From Oceanispirochaeta sp. (GTDB taxonomy: Bacteria > Spirochaetota > Spirochaetia > DSM-2461): a stretch of DNA of 64,000 bases. The notes under the pieces were generated by a model. That model had not been told where the DNA came from. It did no database searches and was given only the letters and a program-made list of their open reading frames with translations. A program made the position numbers and the translations under genes. Location: positions 608,001 through 672,000 of the forward strand of contig CAXXOA010000001.1 of NCBI GenBank assembly GCA_963666275.2, written 5' to 3'. This document shows, piece after piece, positions 19,508 to 31,949 of the stretch (within the stretch, counting starts at the first letter, position 1; each line of letters begins with the position of its first letter).

Positions 19508-20515
19508 TCAACTTTTCTTTTTATTCTGGTCAATCAATACTGCTATAACAATTATGAAGCCTTTGACCAGCTGCTGCCAATACATATTGATATTCAGAAG
19601 GTCCATACCGTTGTTAATAACACCGATTACAAGAGCACCTGAAATGGTTCCGAAAACACTCCCCATACCCCCGGTCAGACTCGTACCGCCGATAACGGCT
19701 CCGGCAATGGCATCCAGTTCGAACCCCACTCCTAATCCGGGCTGTCCGGAACTGATACGGGCTGTAAGGATAACTCCGGAAAGACTGGCCAGTAGTCCCG
19801 CCAGGGCATAAACAAAGATTTTCACCCTATCTACGTTGATACCGGATATGATGGAAGCCTGCTCGTTTCCTCCCAGACCATAAATATGCCGCCCGACCCG
19901 GGTATTATTCAGGAGAACATGCATACAGACGGCGCAAATAGCAAGGATGAGAATAGGAACGGGGATCCCGAAAATCTTTCCAGCACCCAGAAAGATAAAC
20001 GAGTCGCTTAAGTCCCCGATTGGTCTGCCGTTTGAAAAAATAAGTGCGGCACCTCTGGCGGCCGTAAACATACCGAGGGTCATGATGAAAGGGGGTATTT
20101 TCCCTTTGGCAATGACAAATCCGTTCAGCGCCCCGCAAAGGGTTCCTACCAGAAGTCCCATAAGAACCGGGACGATAACCGGGTAGGTTCCAGGATGAGC
20201 AAAGCTGGCCGCCACAACCGAAGTGAGCCCCACAATTGAACCGGATGACAGATCGATCCCAGTGGTAATAATGATATTTGTAACACCGATCCCAATTAGA
20301 GCTATAAATGTTATCTGTCTGACGATATTCATAAGGTTATATACAGTCAGGAAATAGGGCGATAAGATTGATAGCAGTATCACCATAAGAACCAGAACGA
20401 GAAAAATCCCGAATCGATCATATATATCCCACAATGACAAGGATAAAGACTTCATTTTAAATCTCTTCTTGTCTTTAATACTTTCCGAATTATTCATTTT
20501 ATTATTACTCCTCAT
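19508..20515 (-). CDS. Sugar ABC transporter permease
   Basis: TGIDLSSG and GAVIGGTSL; multiple TM helices. Confidence 0.93.
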   Translation of the reverse strand: MRSNNKMNNSESIKDKKRFKMKSLSLSLWDIYDRFGIFLVLVLMVILLSILSPYFLTVYNLMNIVRQITFIALIGIGVTNIIITTGIDLSSGSIVGLTSVVAASFAHPGTYPVIVPVLMGLLVGTLCGALNGFVIAKGKIPPFIMTLGMFTAARGAALIFSNGRPIGDLSDSFIFLGAGKIFGIPVPILILAICAVCMHVLLNNTRVGRHIYGLGGNEQASIISGINVDRVKIFVYALAGLLASLSGVILTARISSGQPGLGVGFELDAIAGAVIGGTSLTGGMGSVFGTISGALVIGVINNGMDLLNINMYWQQLVKGFIIVIAVLIDQNKKKS

Positions 20516-20536
20516 AAGGTAGCTGCCGCTTTCCTG

Positions 20537-22039
20537 TTAATCCCTTACAACAGCAGTCGCGTATTCCATAACTTTTTCCTGAGTGGCAACTTTTCCATCC
20601 AGAATCCCTGTCACTCTTCCTTCATGCATAACGACGATCCTGTCGCTCATACCCAGAACTTCCGGTAGTTCCGAAGAAATCATAATGACCGATTTTCCCT
20701 GCCGTGCCAGATTGGTCATAAACTTATGGATTTCGGATTTTGCCCCAACGTCAATTCCTCTGGTCGGCTCATCCAGGATTATGATCTGCGGATCAGTTAC
20801 AACCCAGCGGGAGATAATGACCTTCTGCTGGTTACCACCGCTTAAGTTTTTAATCTTCTGATTCATATTGGGAGTCTTGATGGCAAACCACTCTTTACCT
20901 TCGGCACAGGTCTTTTCAATATTTTTTTTCTTTAAAAAGCCGAACTTGGAAAAATTTTTCAGACTGGGCATTATCATGTTGTCCCGAACGGAAAGGGGCA
21001 GAAAAAGTCCCGTCAGTTTCCTGTCCTCGGTAATAAGAGCAACCTTCGCTTTAATGGCTTCTTTGGGATTTTTAAAGTCCACGACCCGGCCGTTTAATAC
21101 AATTGTTCCGGATTCTGCTTTTTTATAACCGAAAATAGCTTCCATCACTTCAGTCCGGCCGGCACCCATAAGTCCGGCGAATCCCAGGATTTCCCCTTTT
21201 TTCAAATCAAAATTCACATCCTGGAAAACACCTTTTTTCGTCAGTCCTTCTACGGACATTACCACTTCGCCCAGAGGGACTTCCTCTTTGGGGAACATAT
21301 GGGTTATTTCCCGACCGACCATTAATTCGATGAGTTTTTGATTATTCAGGTTTTCCGCCCGTTCCGAGCCGATATACTGACCGTCCCGAAAAACCGTAAT
21401 ATCATCGGCGATTTGGAAAACTTCATCCATTTTGTGAGTAATAAAGATGAAAGATACACCTTTTTCTCTAAGTTCTTTTACAATTTCAAATAGATGATCA
21501 CACTCTTTTTCTGTAATAGCAGAAGTGGGCTCATCCATAATGATCAGCTTGGAGTTGTAGGAAATAGCTTTGGCGATCTCTATCATCTGGGTTTGAGCAA
21601 CGCTGAGATCTACAAGTTTCTCTTTCGGATCAATATCTATTTTAAGATTATTCAGCAAATCCCTTGTATCCTGAATCATTTTTTTCTTATCCAGGAAGAA
21701 TGATTTGTCTTTTACCGGTTCACGGCCAATATAGATATTCTCTGCGACCGTCATATTGGGGATGGGATTCAGTTCCTGAAAAATCATGGATATCCCGTTA
21801 TGGAGCGCAAAGTTTGTATTCTTTATCTCGATCTGTTTTCCATCAAAAAAGATTTCTCCCTCATCTTTCGGATTTATCCCTATTAATATTTTCATTAACG
21901 TGGACTTTCCTGCACCGTTTTCTCCCATGAGCGCGTGGACAGTCCCTTTTCTGACATGAAGCTGCACATTGTCCAGGGCTTTTACTCCCGGAAAAGATTT
22001 GCTTATGTTCTTCATTGATAAAATATAGTCATCATTCAT
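20537..22039 (-). CDS. Sugar ABC transporter ATPase (MglA/RbsA-like)
   Basis: [16 protein letters not shown] and [12 protein letters not shown]. Confidence 0.95.
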   Translation of the reverse strand: MNDDYILSMKNISKSFPGVKALDNVQLHVRKGTVHALMGENGAGKSTLMKILIGINPKDEGEIFFDGKQIEIKNTNFALHNGISMIFQELNPIPNMTVAENIYIGREPVKDKSFFLDKKKMIQDTRDLLNNLKIDIDPKEKLVDLSVAQTQMIEIAKAISYNSKLIIMDEPTSAITEKECDHLFEIVKELREKGVSFIFITHKMDEVFQIADDITVFRDGQYIGSERAENLNNQKLIELMVGREITHMFPKEEVPLGEVVMSVEGLTKKGVFQDVNFDLKKGEILGFAGLMGAGRTEVMEAIFGYKKAESGTIVLNGRVVDFKNPKEAIKAKVALITEDRKLTGLFLPLSVRDNMIMPSLKNFSKFGFLKKKNIEKTCAEGKEWFAIKTPNMNQKIKNLSGGNQQKVIISRWVVTDPQIIILDEPTRGIDVGAKSEIHKFMTNLARQGKSVIMISSELPEVLGMSDRIVVMHEGRVTGILDGKVATQEKVMEYATAVVRD

Positions 22040-22128
22040 TTTACTTATTCCTTTACAATATGGGGAACATGTCCCATACGGGAAGCGTCCCGGATGAAAC
22101 CTCCGGGACAGTTTTATAGATTCTTTAA

Positions 22129-23064
22129 TTATTTATATTTAGCAATGTATTCATCAGCCAGGGCTTTTGTTACAAGCTCATAGGGAACATCAACATAGGA
22201 TTCCACAGATCCGCCCTGAACAACTTTTACGGCAGTTTCTACAGCTACATACCCTTGGCCGTACCCATTCTGGAAAACCGTACAAGCCATGGTATCGTTT
22301 TTCAGGTATCTAAGGGCATCGGGTGTGGCATCGATACCGGCTACAAGGATATCCCGTCCGGACTCTGCAATAGCCAGAGCCGCTCCAATAGCCATTTCAT
22401 CGTTATTTGCCACAACCGCATCAATATCGAGACCGGCCTGCAGCCAGTTTTCCATAACACGCATACCTTCGTCTCTCATCCATTTTCCGGTTTGTTCGGC
22501 AATAACAGTCATGCCGGGAAAATTTTCAATGATTTCTTTATTCCCCGCAGTTCTGTCACGGGAAGCCTGGTTTTTGGGGTCTCCCACCAGAATGGCAATA
22601 TTTCCTTCCCCACCCAGCATATCTGCAATCGCTTCCATCTGAAGAAGTCCGGATAATTTATGATCCGAACCGATATAGCTGGTATGTTCCGAGCTGACTT
22701 CTGAATTCGTCGCGATAAGAGGGATACCAGCTTCTTTGCATAAGTTACTGATAGGCTGGGTAGCGCTTGTGTCCACTGGTTTGATAACGATGGCATCTAC
22801 TTTTCGTGCAATCAGATTTTCAACCTGAGAGTTCTGAATCTGCAGATCCAGTTTCGCATCCAGAATAATAACTTCCACTTCCGGATGATCTACTCCATAA
22901 CCGGCTGCGCCATCGGCAACATAGGCCATAAAATCCGAAACATAATCGAAGGTACAACCTATAGTGATTTTACCATCATCTTCTTGTGCTCCTTCCGCCG
23001 CTATGGGCAGAGTAATAAGAGCCAGTGCTGCCAAAATCACAATCTTTTTTAGATTTCTAAACAT
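22129..23064 (-). CDS. Sugar ABC substrate-binding protein (possibly inositol-type)
   Basis: Signal peptide; GSDH and [18 protein letters not shown]; followed by a hairpin at 22087-22109. Confidence 0.9.
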   Translation of the reverse strand: MFRNLKKIVILAALALITLPIAAEGAQEDDGKITIGCTFDYVSDFMAYVADGAAGYGVDHPEVEVIILDAKLDLQIQNSQVENLIARKVDAIVIKPVDTSATQPISNLCKEAGIPLIATNSEVSSEHTSYIGSDHKLSGLLQMEAIADMLGGEGNIAILVGDPKNQASRDRTAGNKEIIENFPGMTVIAEQTGKWMRDEGMRVMENWLQAGLDIDAVVANNDEMAIGAALAIAESGRDILVAGIDATPDALRYLKNDTMACTVFQNGYGQGYVAVETAVKVVQGGSVESYVDVPYELVTKALADEYIAKYK

Positions 23065-23132
23065 TTCATCCTCCAAATTGATTCTCTGTATCAAGAATCT
23101 CCTTTTTATTTAAAGCTGATAAAAGACAGCTT

Positions 23133-24382
23133 TTAACCTTTGTTATATTTCTTGACCGCTTCAAACATAGCCACCATATTTTCTACGGGGGTCATGGCCT
23201 GAACATTATGAATAGCGTTGAAAACGAATCCGCCGTTCTTTCCCATAATTTCACAGGTTTCCAGCACTTCTTTCGTTACTGCGTCGGGAGTTCCGAAGGG
23301 TAGAGTATGCTGGGTATCTACACCACCACCCCAGAAAACAACACGATTACTGTATTTCTTTTTTAGTGTTTCCCTATCCATACCAGTGGCGGTCCACTGA
23401 ACCGGATTGATGATATCAAAGCCTGCTTCGATAAAAGAATCGATAAAAGGATCTACAGCTCCGCAGGAATGTTTGAAAGTTTTCATTTGGTATTTTCATG
23501 TATCCATTTATTTATCTTGGTGTGGTAGGGCATATGCAGTTCTTTGTAGGAATCGGGGGAACAGATCGGGGCAATCTGGGTTCCAAAGTCGGTTCCGCAG
23601 ACAAAAGCATGTTGTATCTTATCGCTCACTATTTCATGGATCTTTTTCAGGTTTTCAATAGCGATATCAGTTTGATATTCAAAGACTTTATGAAGATAAT
23701 CCGGATATAAAAGTGTTGCAGTGTACCACTCCTCTACATCACGAATCCCTTTGGGGCTCTTAAGCATCGATCCTGGAACCATAGAAACATCTCCGATAGC
23801 GGTTCCGCCGAAGTTGCCGGCTACCCATTTGGTGCTATCCGCTTTTTCTATAGCATCCTTATAGAAATCGAGAACATCCTGGCTGACAGGATTATATTCT
23901 TCTACATTATCATGCCAGTCCATTTTATCTTCTTCGATTTTTTCCTGTCTGTGAGTGGCATCAAAGAAGTAGCTGCTTTCAGGCATATAGGCAGAAGGCT
24001 CAAAGGAGGTATCTCCTTGGGCATAAGCATAAAAGCCACCGCCGTCTTTTTCTCTTATCGTGACATCTCCGCCTATCAGGACGGTCTGCCCCCACCAGGT
24101 CTGATATTCTTTCCAATTATCCTGCTTCGTCCCAAACATGTTGTAGGGATTCCATATAGCATCTGTATCAATCCCGATAGCTTCTTTAAGATCGTTTTCT
24201 ATGACCCCAAGGAACTGATAGGGACAGGCTATTTTTACAGGGCGCTTTTCAAGACCATAGTAGTCTCTCAGACCTTCAATAACAGAACAGTGAATGCCTG
24301 ATACAGGATTAGCTCCGAAATCTATCGGAAGAGGTCCTTCCTCAAAGGACATGGCTTTTCTGAATTTCTCATGCGAATTCAT
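23133..24382 (-). pseudogene. Uroporphyrinogen-decarboxylase/MtaA-family protein split by a 1-nt frameshift near 23485
   Basis: GTDFGTQ, FKHSCG, INPVQ, FWGGGVDTQ and IHNVQ. AAA TG[G] AAA would restore ...ENTKWKTFKHSCG. May be a sequencing error. Confidence 0.8.
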
Positions 24383-24563
24383 GAAAATCTCCTTATTTAC
24401 TGAGATAATTATTTTTTGAATTTCAAAAATTTCAGATGAGAATAAAAAGCAGTAGATTTGACAAATTGATAGGATAATTTGTATATTACATATTGCTAGT
24501 ATGTGGTATCAGTGGGCGTTCCGCCCCTGGTACTGCTTCTTAACCTCTCATTTAATAAAAATA

Positions 24564-25796
24564 TTAAATCCCTCCTTTAATTTTATCTGTTATGAGATAA
24601 TATAGCTTTTCTAAAATAAGAGCATATGCACCATCTAATTCAATATCTTCCCCTAATTCAGACATTTCAACTTCAACGGTTTCGGCGATAACAGGATAGG
24701 CATGCCGTCTGATATAGGATTCAATATCTCTTAACATAATCTGGACTGGTAACCCATTAATCTCATTAGTTGAAATGATTATTTTATCCGGGCTGAACAT
24801 ATTAATTATAATAACTGCCCCTACAGCAACTTTATGAGCATGGTTCCGTATAACCTCAATAGCTTTATATTCACCATCCTGGGCCAGATGGAAAATGTTA
24901 GTTAAACGATCTAATAGTTCTTTGTCATCTTGTACATCAGCTGTCCCATCATACTCTTTGACGATATTGCTGAATTTGGCCACAAGGTTTAAACATCCTT
25001 TATTCCCGCAGAAACAGAGATCTCCGTCCATATTTACTGTGGTATGACCGATTTCAAATGAGATCCCATCGTGTCCTGTGAATAATTGCCCATTGATGAT
25101 GGCTCCGGCTCCTGTGCCGATACCGATGGAATATTCGACAAAGTTTCGACAACTCTGGCCTTTTCCAAACCAACCCTCAGCTAAAGCACTCAAATTGGAA
25201 TTATTTTCCAAATAGACAGGGAGACCAATGTGCTGTTCAAGATATTCAGCTAAATGTATTTTCTCACGGCTGAAAGGAATATCAGATTTTTCATGGCCCG
25301 GTGCCATCGATCTATTGTAAATAATCCCCTGGCTGGAGCTTACAGCTCCAGGAACTGCAATGGCAATTGCCAGGATTTTATCTTTATCGACGGCGGCCTT
25401 ATTGACAATCAACTCAATAAGTTTTCTCACGTCCATATTGATATTATCATTGGCATGATACGCTATGCCGTTCGGAAGATCTTCTCTGACAATGACATTT
25501 CCACTAATATCAATTAAAGATCCGGTAAGGGATATTCTACCAATTCGGATGACCAATCCGTAAAAAAAGCCTTCAGAAAAAAGCAGGCCTTTATTACGCT
25601 TCGTTTCTTCCTTATCTTCCTGAATTATACCTTTCTCAAGATATACATTTACAATCTTTGAAATAGCAGGTTTTGTTAAACCGACTTGTACGGCAAGATC
25701 GGCACGGGTGATCCCGGGATGTTTTTTGATCAGTTTCAGGACAAGGGATCTATTATGTATTCTGCTACTATCATGATTGAGCCCGATTACCTGCAT
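24564..25796 (-). CDS. ROK-family transcriptional regulator
   Basis: N-terminal HTH (TRADLA...LTKPAIS), ENNSN and EIGH...CFCGNKGCL. Confidence 0.9.
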   Translation of the reverse strand: MQVIGLNHDSSRIHNRSLVLKLIKKHPGITRADLAVQVGLTKPAISKIVNVYLEKGIIQEDKEETKRNKGLLFSEGFFYGLVIRIGRISLTGSLIDISGNVIVREDLPNGIAYHANDNINMDVRKLIELIVNKAAVDKDKILAIAIAVPGAVSSSQGIIYNRSMAPGHEKSDIPFSREKIHLAEYLEQHIGLPVYLENNSNLSALAEGWFGKGQSCRNFVEYSIGIGTGAGAIINGQLFTGHDGISFEIGHTTVNMDGDLCFCGNKGCLNLVAKFSNIVKEYDGTADVQDDKELLDRLTNIFHLAQDGEYKAIEVIRNHAHKVAVGAVIIINMFSPDKIIISTNEINGLPVQIMLRDIESYIRRHAYPVIAETVEVEMSELGEDIELDGAYALILEKLYYLITDKIKGGI

Positions 25797-25996
25797 GGAC
25801 AACAAATCCCCCTTATTGATCATTAACAACGGCTAAAAGCAAACAAAAAACACTAGCTAAGAAAACGTTGTTAACTAATTATGTTCATGGTATTATCTAG
25901 ATGTCAAGATTATTTATAAAAAACTAAAGATATCCAAAATGGATGTTCCAGTTTCGTACTGAAACTTGATTAACCCGTCTTCAGGAGGGCCTGTTT

Positions 25997-26851
25997 GTGA
26001 ATGATCAATGGAGTAATAACAATATCAAGTGTACATTTAGGAAAATCTCTTCACCTAGAATAGTATCTGTTATCCTTTCTGAAGAGAATCATGCCAAACT
26101 TCCACGGGTTATGCACTCCCATGACGACCGGCTTGAAATAATCCTTATCCGCCATGGGAACGGTTTTCACAATATAGACGGTAACAGGTATATGACATGC
26201 CGAGGAGACTTGATTATATACAATAGCGGTGCCGTTCATGATGAATGTGCAAGTATAGAATCGGGTATGAGCCTTTTCTTTTGCGCCCTTAAGGATGTCC
26301 ATTTCGCAGACCTGGAAAAAAACAAGCTTATTAAAGAGAACTGTCTGCCTGTAATTAAAAGCGGCTCTTGTTTCAACGATCTGGAATTCCTTTTCTCGAT
26401 ACTGCATGAGCAGTCCAAAAACGGGGATCCTGATTTGGTGGAATATTCAGACCATATTCTTAAAGCTTTTTTAATACATGTTCATAAACTGGTTCAGGAA
26501 CAAAGCATTCGGATTCAAGACAAGGAAAAGCTTCTAGGTGACAGAATACGAGATTATTTAGACACCTACTATGCTGAAGAGATAAATCTTCAATCTATAG
26601 CTGAAAATATGGGAATCAGTATATTCCATCTGTCGCGTGTTTTTAAAACGGCGACAGGCTACTCTCCCCGGCAATATATTATACGAAGACGGATAGGAAA
26701 AGCCCAGTCAGAGCTTTTGTACACTTCTCGCAGTGTTTCTGAAATAGCATATAGAGTCGGTTTTAACAATGCCAATCATTTTAACAATACATTCAACAAG
26801 ATTATTGGGATGAATCCAGGGAAATACAGGAAATACTGGGCAGAGGTATAA
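25997..26851 (+). CDS. AraC-family transcriptional regulator
   Basis: Cupin HSHDD-like motif; C-terminal double HTH (IAYRVGF...FNKIIGMNP). Confidence 0.92.
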   Translation: MNDQWSNNNIKCTFRKISSPRIVSVILSEENHAKLPRVMHSHDDRLEIILIRHGNGFHNIDGNRYMTCRGDLIIYNSGAVHDECASIESGMSLFFCALKDVHFADLEKNKLIKENCLPVIKSGSCFNDLEFLFSILHEQSKNGDPDLVEYSDHILKAFLIHVHKLVQEQSIRIQDKEKLLGDRIRDYLDTYYAEEINLQSIAENMGISIFHLSRVFKTATGYSPRQYIIRRRIGKAQSELLYTSRSVSEIAYRVGFNNANHFNNTFNKIIGMNPGKYRKYWAEV

Positions 26852-26978
26852 ACCGCAAGATTTTGTAGTTTTATCGATTTGACATCATGAAATACCTAAA
26901 ATATCCAGCAAATAAATTGAGTCTTCTTCGGGTACAACGAATCTATACTATTTGAATTACAAATAGAAGGAGTCTGTC

Positions 26979-27902
26979 TTGAGTATGATAATAACGGGAG
27001 CCCCATGCAGTTGGGGGGTAGATGATCCCCAAAATCCTTATCTTCCATCCTGGAGAAAAGTATTAAACGAAGCTTCTGCAGCGGGGTATAAGGGACTTGA
27101 GCTCGGTCCTTATGGATATATCCCTTTGGATCTGAAAACTGTTACAGATGAGCTTGAAAAGAATAGCCTGTCTATTGTAGCCGGTACAATATTTGATGAT
27201 CTGGTTTCAGAGGCAAATCTGGAGAACTTGATTAAACAGGTGCATGAAATCTGTTCTATTACGACAAAACTACCGTTGGAACCAAAACAGGATGAACAGA
27301 ATTTTGCACCTCCTTACCTGGTGCTGATCGACTGGGGTCATGATGAAAGGGATTTTGCATCCGGGCATGTAGATACGGCTCCCCGTTTGGCACCGGAAGA
27401 ATGGAACAGAATGGCAGACCATATAAAGATCCTCTCTGAACTAGCCTGGGAGACGTATCACGTAAGAGCTGTTATTCATCCCCATGCAGGCGGTTACATA
27501 GAGTTCGCAGATGAAATAGATCAGATCGCTAATGATATACCTCATGAAACCGCCGGTTTGTGCCTTGATACAGGACATTTGTATTTTTCAGGTATGGATC
27601 CTGAAGCCTGGTTATACAAATACAAGCATCGTCTGGATTACATCCATTTTAAAGATGTTAATCGAACTGTATTTAAAGAAATTATGCAGGAGAAAATCAG
27701 GTTTTTTGATGCCGTTGCCAAAGGAGTCATGTGCCCTCTTGGTACAGGAGATTTGGACTATCCCGCTATTTTCAGATTATTACAAGGGATGGAATATCAC
27801 GGGTACATAACAATTGAACAAGAACGAGATCCCCGTAACTCGGAAACAAGCTTAAAAGATGTGAAAGCCAGCTTAGATTATTTAAAGAGTATTGGATTTT
27901 AA
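26979..27902 (+). CDS. IolE-like TIM-barrel protein (inosose dehydratase family)
   Basis: APCSWGV, ELGPYG, HPHAG, LDTGH, HFKD and IEQE. Confidence 0.8.
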   Translation: MSMIITGAPCSWGVDDPQNPYLPSWRKVLNEASAAGYKGLELGPYGYIPLDLKTVTDELEKNSLSIVAGTIFDDLVSEANLENLIKQVHEICSITTKLPLEPKQDEQNFAPPYLVLIDWGHDERDFASGHVDTAPRLAPEEWNRMADHIKILSELAWETYHVRAVIHPHAGGYIEFADEIDQIANDIPHETAGLCLDTGHLYFSGMDPEAWLYKYKHRLDYIHFKDVNRTVFKEIMQEKIRFFDAVAKGVMCPLGTGDLDYPAIFRLLQGMEYHGYITIEQERDPRNSETSLKDVKASLDYLKSIGF

Positions 27903-27955
27903 AAAATACAGAAAGAGATTTCGGATTCATAAAGAAAATTTGAAGGAGATAATTA

Positions 27956-29122
27956 ATGATAAATGGTGAGAAAGTTATAGATCGTCCCATTCGATGGGGA
28001 ATGGTTGGCGGTGGTCGTGGAAGTAATATCGGTTATATCCACCGGTCCGCTGCTTTGAGGGATAACACATTTCGGCTTATTGCAGGAGCCTTTGATATAG
28101 ATCCGGAAAGAGGACGTATTTTCGGGAGCGAACTGGGAGTGGATTCAGAAAGATGCTACCCGGATTACAAAACCATGTTCGAAGCGGAAAGCAAAAGAGA
28201 TGATGGGATCGAAGCCGTTTCTATTGCGACACCCAATAAATTTCATTTTGAAATCAGTAAAGCAGCTCTTGAAGCAGGTTTTCATGTGGTTTGCGAAAAG
28301 CCCCTTTGTTTTACTACAGAGGAAGCGGAAACCTTGGTGAACATTTCTAAAAAAAAGAACCTTGTCATGGGTGTAACCTATGGGTATTCCTGTCACCAGA
28401 CAGTCCATCAGGCACGGAAAATGATCGAAAACGGGGCACTCGGTGACATTCGGATTATTGAAATGCAGTTTGCCTACGGCGGTTTCAATGACCCCATTGA
28501 GAACGAGATTCCGGCTGCTAAATGGCGTCTTGATCCAGCTCACGCGGGGCCCAGTTTTATTCTGGGTGATGTGGGAACTCACAGTCTTCATATGGCGGAG
28601 ATTATGATCCCCGGTCTTGAAATCAAGAATCTTCTTTGTGCAAAACAGAGTTTTATCCCCACACGGAAGTTAGAGGACAATGCTCATGTCTTTATCAATT
28701 TCACAAATGGTGCTTTTGGAAATCTTTGGGCCAGCAGCCTGAATTGCGGTGCCATGCACGGGCATAAGATTCGCATTGTTGGATCAAAGGCCAGTCTGGA
28801 ATGGTATGACGATAAACCAAATCACTTATTCTTTTACCCTGAAGGTCAGCCGGAACAAATTTTACACCGGGGAACTGGATATTTCCATCCTGAAGCCAAT
28901 CGATATGATCGGATTAGTGCCGGTCACCACGAAGGACTTTTTGAGTCCTGGTCAAATATGTATCTCCGCTTCGGTTTAGCAATGAATGCAAAAAGAAAAG
29001 GGGATGAAGAATTCCTGAAAACTCACTGGTATCCGAATGTGAATGAGGGTGCTGTTGGTGTCAAATTTGTTGAAAAATGTGTGGAATCCGCTGAGGCCGG
29101 ATCGGTTTGGGTAAATTTCTAG
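27956..29122 (+). CDS. Gfo/Idh/MocA oxidoreductase
   Basis: GMVGGG, ATPN..H, CEKP and DVGTH. Confidence 0.92.
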   Translation: MINGEKVIDRPIRWGMVGGGRGSNIGYIHRSAALRDNTFRLIAGAFDIDPERGRIFGSELGVDSERCYPDYKTMFEAESKRDDGIEAVSIATPNKFHFEISKAALEAGFHVVCEKPLCFTTEEAETLVNISKKKNLVMGVTYGYSCHQTVHQARKMIENGALGDIRIIEMQFAYGGFNDPIENEIPAAKWRLDPAHAGPSFILGDVGTHSLHMAEIMIPGLEIKNLLCAKQSFIPTRKLEDNAHVFINFTNGAFGNLWASSLNCGAMHGHKIRIVGSKASLEWYDDKPNHLFFYPEGQPEQILHRGTGYFHPEANRYDRISAGHHEGLFESWSNMYLRFGLAMNAKRKGDEEFLKTHWYPNVNEGAVGVKFVEKCVESAEAGSVWVNF

Positions 29123-29134
29123 AGAGGTATTAGC

Positions 29135-30034
29135 ATGAAAATAGCATTCGATGTAGATGTTCTTGCAAGAGAAATGAATATAACAGATATGGTCCATAAA
29201 GTAGCAGACTGGGGTTACAAATATATTGAACAGTCTCCCCATCCCCAGATCAACCCCTTTTACAAACACCCCCTTTTTTCCAGGGATGTGGAAAATGAAT
29301 ACAAAAAGGCTCTGAGTGCAACCGGAGTTGAACTCTCTTCATTTATAGTGGTTTACCGCTGGTCCGGCCCCACAGAAATTCAGAGAGAACACGCTATAGC
29401 CAACTGGAAGAGAATTCTTGAAATTGCCGATTCTATGGGTGTTCGTGTTATCAATACCGAGCTTTCCGGAGATCCCCATCAGCCGGAAATCTGCAACGGC
29501 ATGTGGTTTAAATCCATGGAGGAGCTTTTACCCCTCTTTGAAAAATATGATATTCGCTGCGAAATTCAGTCCCATCCCTATGACTTCAGTGAACTGAATG
29601 ATGAAACCGTTGATATGGTTAAATCATTCCGCTCCGATTATGTCACCTATCTTTACTCTGCTTCTCACGGTTTCTTTTATGATGAAGGAAAAGGCGATGT
29701 GAGAAGAATGCTGAAATATGCCGGAGACTCTCTGTCGCATGTGCTTATTGCAGATACCTATAACCAGACTTCTAAAGCTGGTGCTGGGTTACGCTATATC
29801 CTCAATCCTCCCGGAGTTGATGCTGCCATTCATCAGCATACTCCTATGGGATACGGCGATGTGGATTTCGATGGGATTTTTGAATCCTTAAGAGAAATGG
29901 ATTTTGCCAACAGAACTTTTAAAGCGGGAGGCGAATCTATTATTTGTACTTCCTATTTCGGTTATCCCGAATTGATGGATAAAGAAGCACCCGCTGCCCG
30001 TGAAAGAATAGAAAAAGAACTACTTGGTAAATAA
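29135..30034 (+). CDS. IolH-like sugar phosphate isomerase/epimerase
   Basis: YIEQSPH, INTELSG, SHPYDF and YILNPPG...HQH. Confidence 0.75.
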   Translation: MKIAFDVDVLAREMNITDMVHKVADWGYKYIEQSPHPQINPFYKHPLFSRDVENEYKKALSATGVELSSFIVVYRWSGPTEIQREHAIANWKRILEIADSMGVRVINTELSGDPHQPEICNGMWFKSMEELLPLFEKYDIRCEIQSHPYDFSELNDETVDMVKSFRSDYVTYLYSASHGFFYDEGKGDVRRMLKYAGDSLSHVLIADTYNQTSKAGAGLRYILNPPGVDAAIHQHTPMGYGDVDFDGIFESLREMDFANRTFKAGGESIICTSYFGYPELMDKEAPAARERIEKELLGK

Positions 30035-30351
30035 TTGACTGTCAGGTTTGTTCAGAATAACTGAATGGGCCTGACTAACCGTCTATAGAGATCTGTTATG
30101 AGAAGTGAAGAGAAAACAATCCTAAAAAGAATCAGAATACTGGAACATGCTAGAGAGTCGAAAAATGTTTCATATACCTGTAAATATTTCGGCATATCAC
30201 GAGAGACTTTTTATCAATGGAAAAGGGCCTATGAATCAGGCGGAATGGAAGCTTTAAAAAGTAGAAAGCGGGGAGCGAAGAATGGGACTCATCCTTCAAA
30301 GACTCCAAAAAGAATTGAAAACAAGATCCTTTTTATGAGAAAAAAATATAA

Positions 30352-31652
30352 GAGCCTGTAAAATTCTTTGTGTATAGCTCATTTCTAATTCGAAAATCGA
30401 CCATCATATTCGATGGCGAATCTATTCATGGCAGGCTTCCAATTTCGAAGCGGCATAGACCACTTCCTGGAAGCCTGCTCAATAGCCAGATATATTATTT
30501 TAACGCTGATCCATCATTAGGGAAGATTTTACGATTCTTTATGGATTTCCGTATCACACTATTCACGGATTCAATGGCATTCGTGGTATAGATAATCCGC
30601 CGGATTTCATCCGGGTAATCAAAAAGGGTGATCAAATTATCCCAGTTCCGATACCAACCAGCGTTGATTGAAGGATATTGGGAATCCCATTTTCCAGCGA
30701 AACGATCCAGCTCCAATTTAGCCTCTTGCTCAGAAATGGAGCCATAGATTTTCTTCAAATCAGCGGTAACGGATTTCCGGTCTTTGTACGATACATATTT
30801 CACAGAATTGCGGACTTGGTGGACAATGCAGAGCTGAACCCTTGTCTTTGGAAATACTGCAGCAATAGCATCAGGAAAGCCTGTAAGCCCATCCACGCAA
30901 GCTATGAATATATCTTGAACTCCTCGGTTCTGAAGCTCTGTGAGGACATTCATCCAGAACTTAGCCCCTTCGTTCTCAGCGATCCAGAGTCCCAGAAGTT
31001 CTTTGATACCATCAGTGTTTACTGCCAACGCCATAAAGACGCTCTTATTAATAACCCGCTTGTTCTCACGAACTGTAATGACAATACAGTCTAAGTAGAT
31101 GATGGGATAATCAGTGTCTAGAGGACGATTCTGCCAAGCAATGACATCATCCATCACACCCTCTGTGATTTTTGATATTAGAGCGTGAGAGACATCAACA
31201 TCGTACATTTCCTTGAATGTATCTGCGATATCCCTGGTGGTCATTCCTTTGGCGTATAAGGTCAGTATCTTACTGTCCAGGTCACTGGTTCTACGTTGAT
31301 TCTTCTTGATCAGTTGCGGCTCGAAAGATGAATCTCGATCTCTGGGAATTTCTAGATCAATTTCGGCATTATCAGTTTTAAGAGTCTTCTGAGTATAGCC
31401 GTTTCGAGAGTTACTAGATGGTCGCTGACCATTCTTCTTTTCTCCGAGATGTTCTTCCATCTCGATCTCCAAGATCCGTTCCATGGCTACCTTCGCCAGC
31501 ATCTTGGTCATGTCAGAAACGTCTTGGGGGGATTTCAGGTTCTTGGCTAGCTTATCAGCCAACTCATTAAATTCATCACTGTCGTACAAAACAAAAGCTC
31601 TTCTCTTCTTATACAAAGATTTGGAGCTCTACACAAATTTATTTACAGTCTC
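30352..31652 (-). mobile_element. IS256-family insertion sequence (1301 bp)
   Basis: Imperfect 29-bp IRs (GAGCCTGTAAAATTCTTTGTGTATAGCTC / GAGACTGTAAATAAATTTGTGTAGAGCTC); 8-bp TSD AAATATAA at 30344-30351 and 31653-31660. Confidence 0.95.
30385..31616 (-). pseudogene. IS256 transposase with a 1-nt frameshift near 30497
   Basis: RNGY, PRDR, CVDGL, CIVH and TTNAIE; the tail IIYLAIEQASRKWSMPLRNW... lies in the shifted frame. Confidence 0.85.
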
Positions 31653-31949
31653 AAATATAATTGGGGTCCTATGAACATATCTACACATCTTTATAAACAG
31701 TTTGGTATCAAGATTACTTCTGGAGGAGTTTATCAGGTTCTGAAGCGGAATGGGTTGAATCAGCTCGATAAAGATTAAAAATGTTCGAGCTTATTTTCGC
31801 ATCAGTGAGAATATTTCCTGCTGCATAAATCATCTTTTCAGATTTTCCTTTCACTATTCGAAATAATTTTTATATGTACTCACCGGGGCTAACCCGGTGA
31901 GTAAAATCCACTGTTTTGTATTTCAGATTTTTCAAGTTAAGCTGACAAT

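Larger units (their letters stand above)
30098..31778 (+). pseudogene. IS481-like transposase N-terminal (HTH) gene interrupted by IS256
   Basis: Removing the IS and one TSD gives ...RKKYNWGPMNISTHLYKQFGIKITSGGVYQVLKRNGLNQLDKD*. No DDE domain follows. Confidence 0.8.
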
